Source: Klebsormidium nitens (lineage: Eukaryota > Plantae > Klebsormidiophyceae). From it: 64,000 bases of DNA. The position numbers and the translations under genes were made by a program. The notes under the pieces were generated by a model, which saw only the letters and a program-made list of their open reading frames with translations, had not been told where the DNA came from and made no database searches. Positions 61,701-64,000 of the stretch are shown piece after piece (the stretch's first letter is position 1; every line of letters begins with the position of its first letter). The stretch is from NCBI GenBank assembly GCA_000708835.1, contig DF237343.1, positions 1 through 64,000 on the forward strand, read 5' to 3'.

Positions 61701-63965
61701 CAAGTTCGTACAGAAATAAATCTTGCGTCCGGTCGTTTCCCCTGCAGGCACGCATTATTGACAGATAGCAAGGGAAGGAAATTGGCTGTCAGCGAGTTGC
61801 AACAAAACTCAGGTCATATAGAACATCAGCAGAGAACCGTAAAGAACCACCACTTTGGCTTTCTTTGTTGAACAGAAATTAGCGGGCACCTGATTCTGCT
61901 TACACTTTCAAACAACAGGCAGAAAAGATGCGGACTCACCCAGGTCTGATCGCACCGTTGGTCATGTGCTTGCTCGGCGCTTTATTACGATCTGCATCAC
62001 AAAGTGTATCGTGATTGGTAAGGCTTCAAAAAAGGTCTTTTGAAACCTCTTACAGGAACGTTCGAGTCCTTGAAGCCTTTCGTCAGCTTCCTTGGACGTG
62101 CTGAACGCTTCTTATAGTTGCACCGACCAGACTCGCACCACGGCCCGGCTCCTTTCTTCTCGCTTCAGGTCCTTTACGTGCGGAAGATCAGCGGGGAAGC
62201 GGAATATTTGATTCAGGCCCCGACTAAGCAGAGAATAGGAACTCCATTAGGACTTCCCGCTGTAGATCTCGATTCTTCAACCCTTCCCGAAAGTACCGAC
62301 TGAGATCTCGACAAAGGAGTGTAGCTCAGCAGACGCATGTCCAGAACCCTGAGACTCTCACAACGATTGATACAAGGGGAGTGATTGGGCGGTCACCTTT
62401 ATCTGCCTTCTTCTCCTGTTGCCGCTGAATCGATGCCGCGACGGCCAGGGCTTGCCGGCTTCCTTGGGAGTTGGACCGCTTCCGTTGCTCCTGCCTGCAG
62501 CACAGCGATGCATGGGCGCTAAACAATTGAGGGACTTCGTTGGGTTTCTGAGACTCGTACAGTTTGGCGTTTGCAGCTCATCACGATTTTCGCAACTGTG
62601 AGACCTTGTAACTGCGGAGGAGTTGCGAAACCAGGAATCTTGGGTTTGCCATTTCAAAAGCAGAAGAGTCGACAACTGATACCTGTTTCTGTGAGACGAC
62701 CCAAAATTCGGAGGTCAAACGAGTCCCCGCTTTGATGCGGAAAGCGTTTCATAGGCGCAAAACAAGTGTGATGAGGAAAAAGAGCAAAAATGCGCAGCTG
62801 GGAAACAACTCCCTAGCAGTCAGTACGCTAATTAAGACAGGCAAAAGGCGACCCCGCGGACGCTCTCCAAAGCGCTGGCCAAATCGGTTGCGTGCTCACA
62901 CTTCAAGCGATTGGTGCAGCTTCTTCCTGGTAACGCACCTGGCAAACAAGACCTTCCCCGAATAGAATTCAAATTTGGAAGACTTGCAAAACAGGCATTC
63001 TTGCGCTCACTCGGCCTGCTCCTGTAGCTGGCCCGGCTTCACGACGTTGACTGCGCCTGACTTGCCGACACGTGGCAGCGGCGCTGGGGGCGCGCTGACG
63101 AACACGTTGTTCATCACCCGGCCGTGAGGCTCCCGGCTCAGCTTTCTGCAGCTCAAGGAGAGAGTGACGTCAGTCTTCCAGGGTCAGATCGGGGGTGGCG
63201 GCTGACGTCATCTTTTGATTTGACAGAACAATTATCCACCTCCTATGCTCGCGGGAGGGCTTCCCTGATGTCCTGCGGTGATTAACTGGATATGCGCACC
63301 GGGGTTTGAATCAGGTGGTAGTCAACGCCTGGACATAGGACATTTTAGCTCCATGGAGCAAGAATGTTCGTGTCTGTTACAGCAGGGGCACCTTCTGCAG
63401 CATACAGTACGCGACAGTGGAAGGCAAAAAAAGCAGAAAGACTTGAGAGACGGCTACGCAAATCAATGGAGTTGAACGGTTGAAAAGTGTCTGAGAAGAG
63501 GAACCAGAGCGAAGCGCTCACCCCTTCCCAAGGTCCATACGGTGCCCTTTCTCCTGCGCCTTCTGGAGCTTCTGCAGCTTCTGATACGCACCCTGCGATC
63601 GAATGAAGGCGCTTTGAAGGTAAGTTTTGAGTCTATTCCTTCGACGGAGCCCAAGAGCGAATCGTTAGCGGCTTCTTGCAGCCTGCAAAAGATGTTGCAG
63701 AACGCTACAGATCCTCAAAGCACTTCATGGCCACTCTGAAGTCAAGAATATCAAGACCTTCTGACTTCTGGTGGTTAACATATTCTTGGGGTGGCAGATG
63801 GGCACCACTCGAATCTTCGAATTTGGAAAGCGACGTTCTGTTGACGGGAGTATCCAAGGCGTCCCTCCTTTTGCAAGAGCAGAGGGCGGCTGGCATTTGT
63901 TCAAGTTATGAAGAAGGCGAACTGAGCTTACCGCCGCATGGTACTGGCAGTATTCGCCCTCAGAC
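55755..63965 (-). CDS. MCM10: Minichromosome maintenance protein 10 (5' part outside window), with a very large internal exon
   Basis: Phase-consistent exons 63965-63932, 63592-63522, 63145-63011, 62494-62397, 61991-61940, 61741-59620, 59072-59039, 58871-58821, 58571-58500, 57964-57819, 57369-57256, 56874-56674 and 55841-55755. SEGEYCQYHAAGAYQKL is the end of the internal-domain CCCH finger. The C-terminal Zn domain reads DILEKKEELAAKMDKI...RCDQCRRST...CVSEHH...VKRFWACAVCKERT...HCRKCDGMHFKPTGM...RENFMARGKEH. Confidence 0.88.
60004..60105 (-). repeat. In-frame 51-bp tandem duplication (2 copies) in the MCM10 large exon
   Basis: Units 60004-60054 and 60055-60105 encode PSDNVSKAADAEASRKR / PSDDVSKAAEAEASRKR. 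Confidence 0.85.
60876..60993 (-). repeat. In-frame 54-bp tandem duplication (~2.2 copies) in the MCM10 large exon
   Basis: Units start at 60876, 60930 and 60984 (partial) and encode GEAARGKLTEEVLRAALK / GEAVRGKLTEEALKAALK. Confidence 0.85.
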
Positions 63966-64000
63966 CTGCACGGAAACTGTGCCTTCAATTACTCGCAGGA

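Noticed and set aside
59578-61755. 725-aa ORF treated as a stand-alone zinc-finger gene
   Set aside because: It has no real ATG, and it has a strong acceptor at 61742 and donor at 59619 in phases that link it to MCM10 exons on both sides.

Overview
This is intron-rich eukaryotic nuclear DNA (GC-rich exons, GT-AG introns plus two inferred GC-AG introns). Gene content (SKL1, GBPL3-type GBP, plant-type ZIP) and style suggest a green plant, most likely a streptophyte alga such as Klebsormidium; this is an inference, not verified. I reconstructed exon chains by hand, checking splice phases, for 11 protein-coding genes. In order they are: an uncharacterised SAM-methyltransferase-like protein (-); a 22-exon, ~1133-aa three-lobed transferrin-like protein with signal peptide and C-terminal TM anchor (+); an intron-containing histone H4 with M84F and a 3' histone stem-loop (-); a ZIP metal transporter (+); a GBPL3-like guanylate-binding protein (-); shikimate kinase-like SKL1 (+); a secreted, sequon-rich cystatin (-); a JmjC oxygenase (+); a BTB/POZ protein (-); a GNAT acetyltransferase (+); and MCM10 (-, 5' end outside the window) with a ~700-aa inserted exon. 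A 353-bp PIF/Harbinger (Tourist-like) MITE with perfect 20-bp TIRs and a TAA target-site duplication lies at 49512-49864. The most interesting items are the membrane-anchored tri-lobed transferrin lacking most canonical Fe ligands next to a ZIP transporter, the H4 combining an intron, a histone stem-loop and an M84F change, and the enlarged MCM10. No rRNA, tRNA or CRISPR array was seen.
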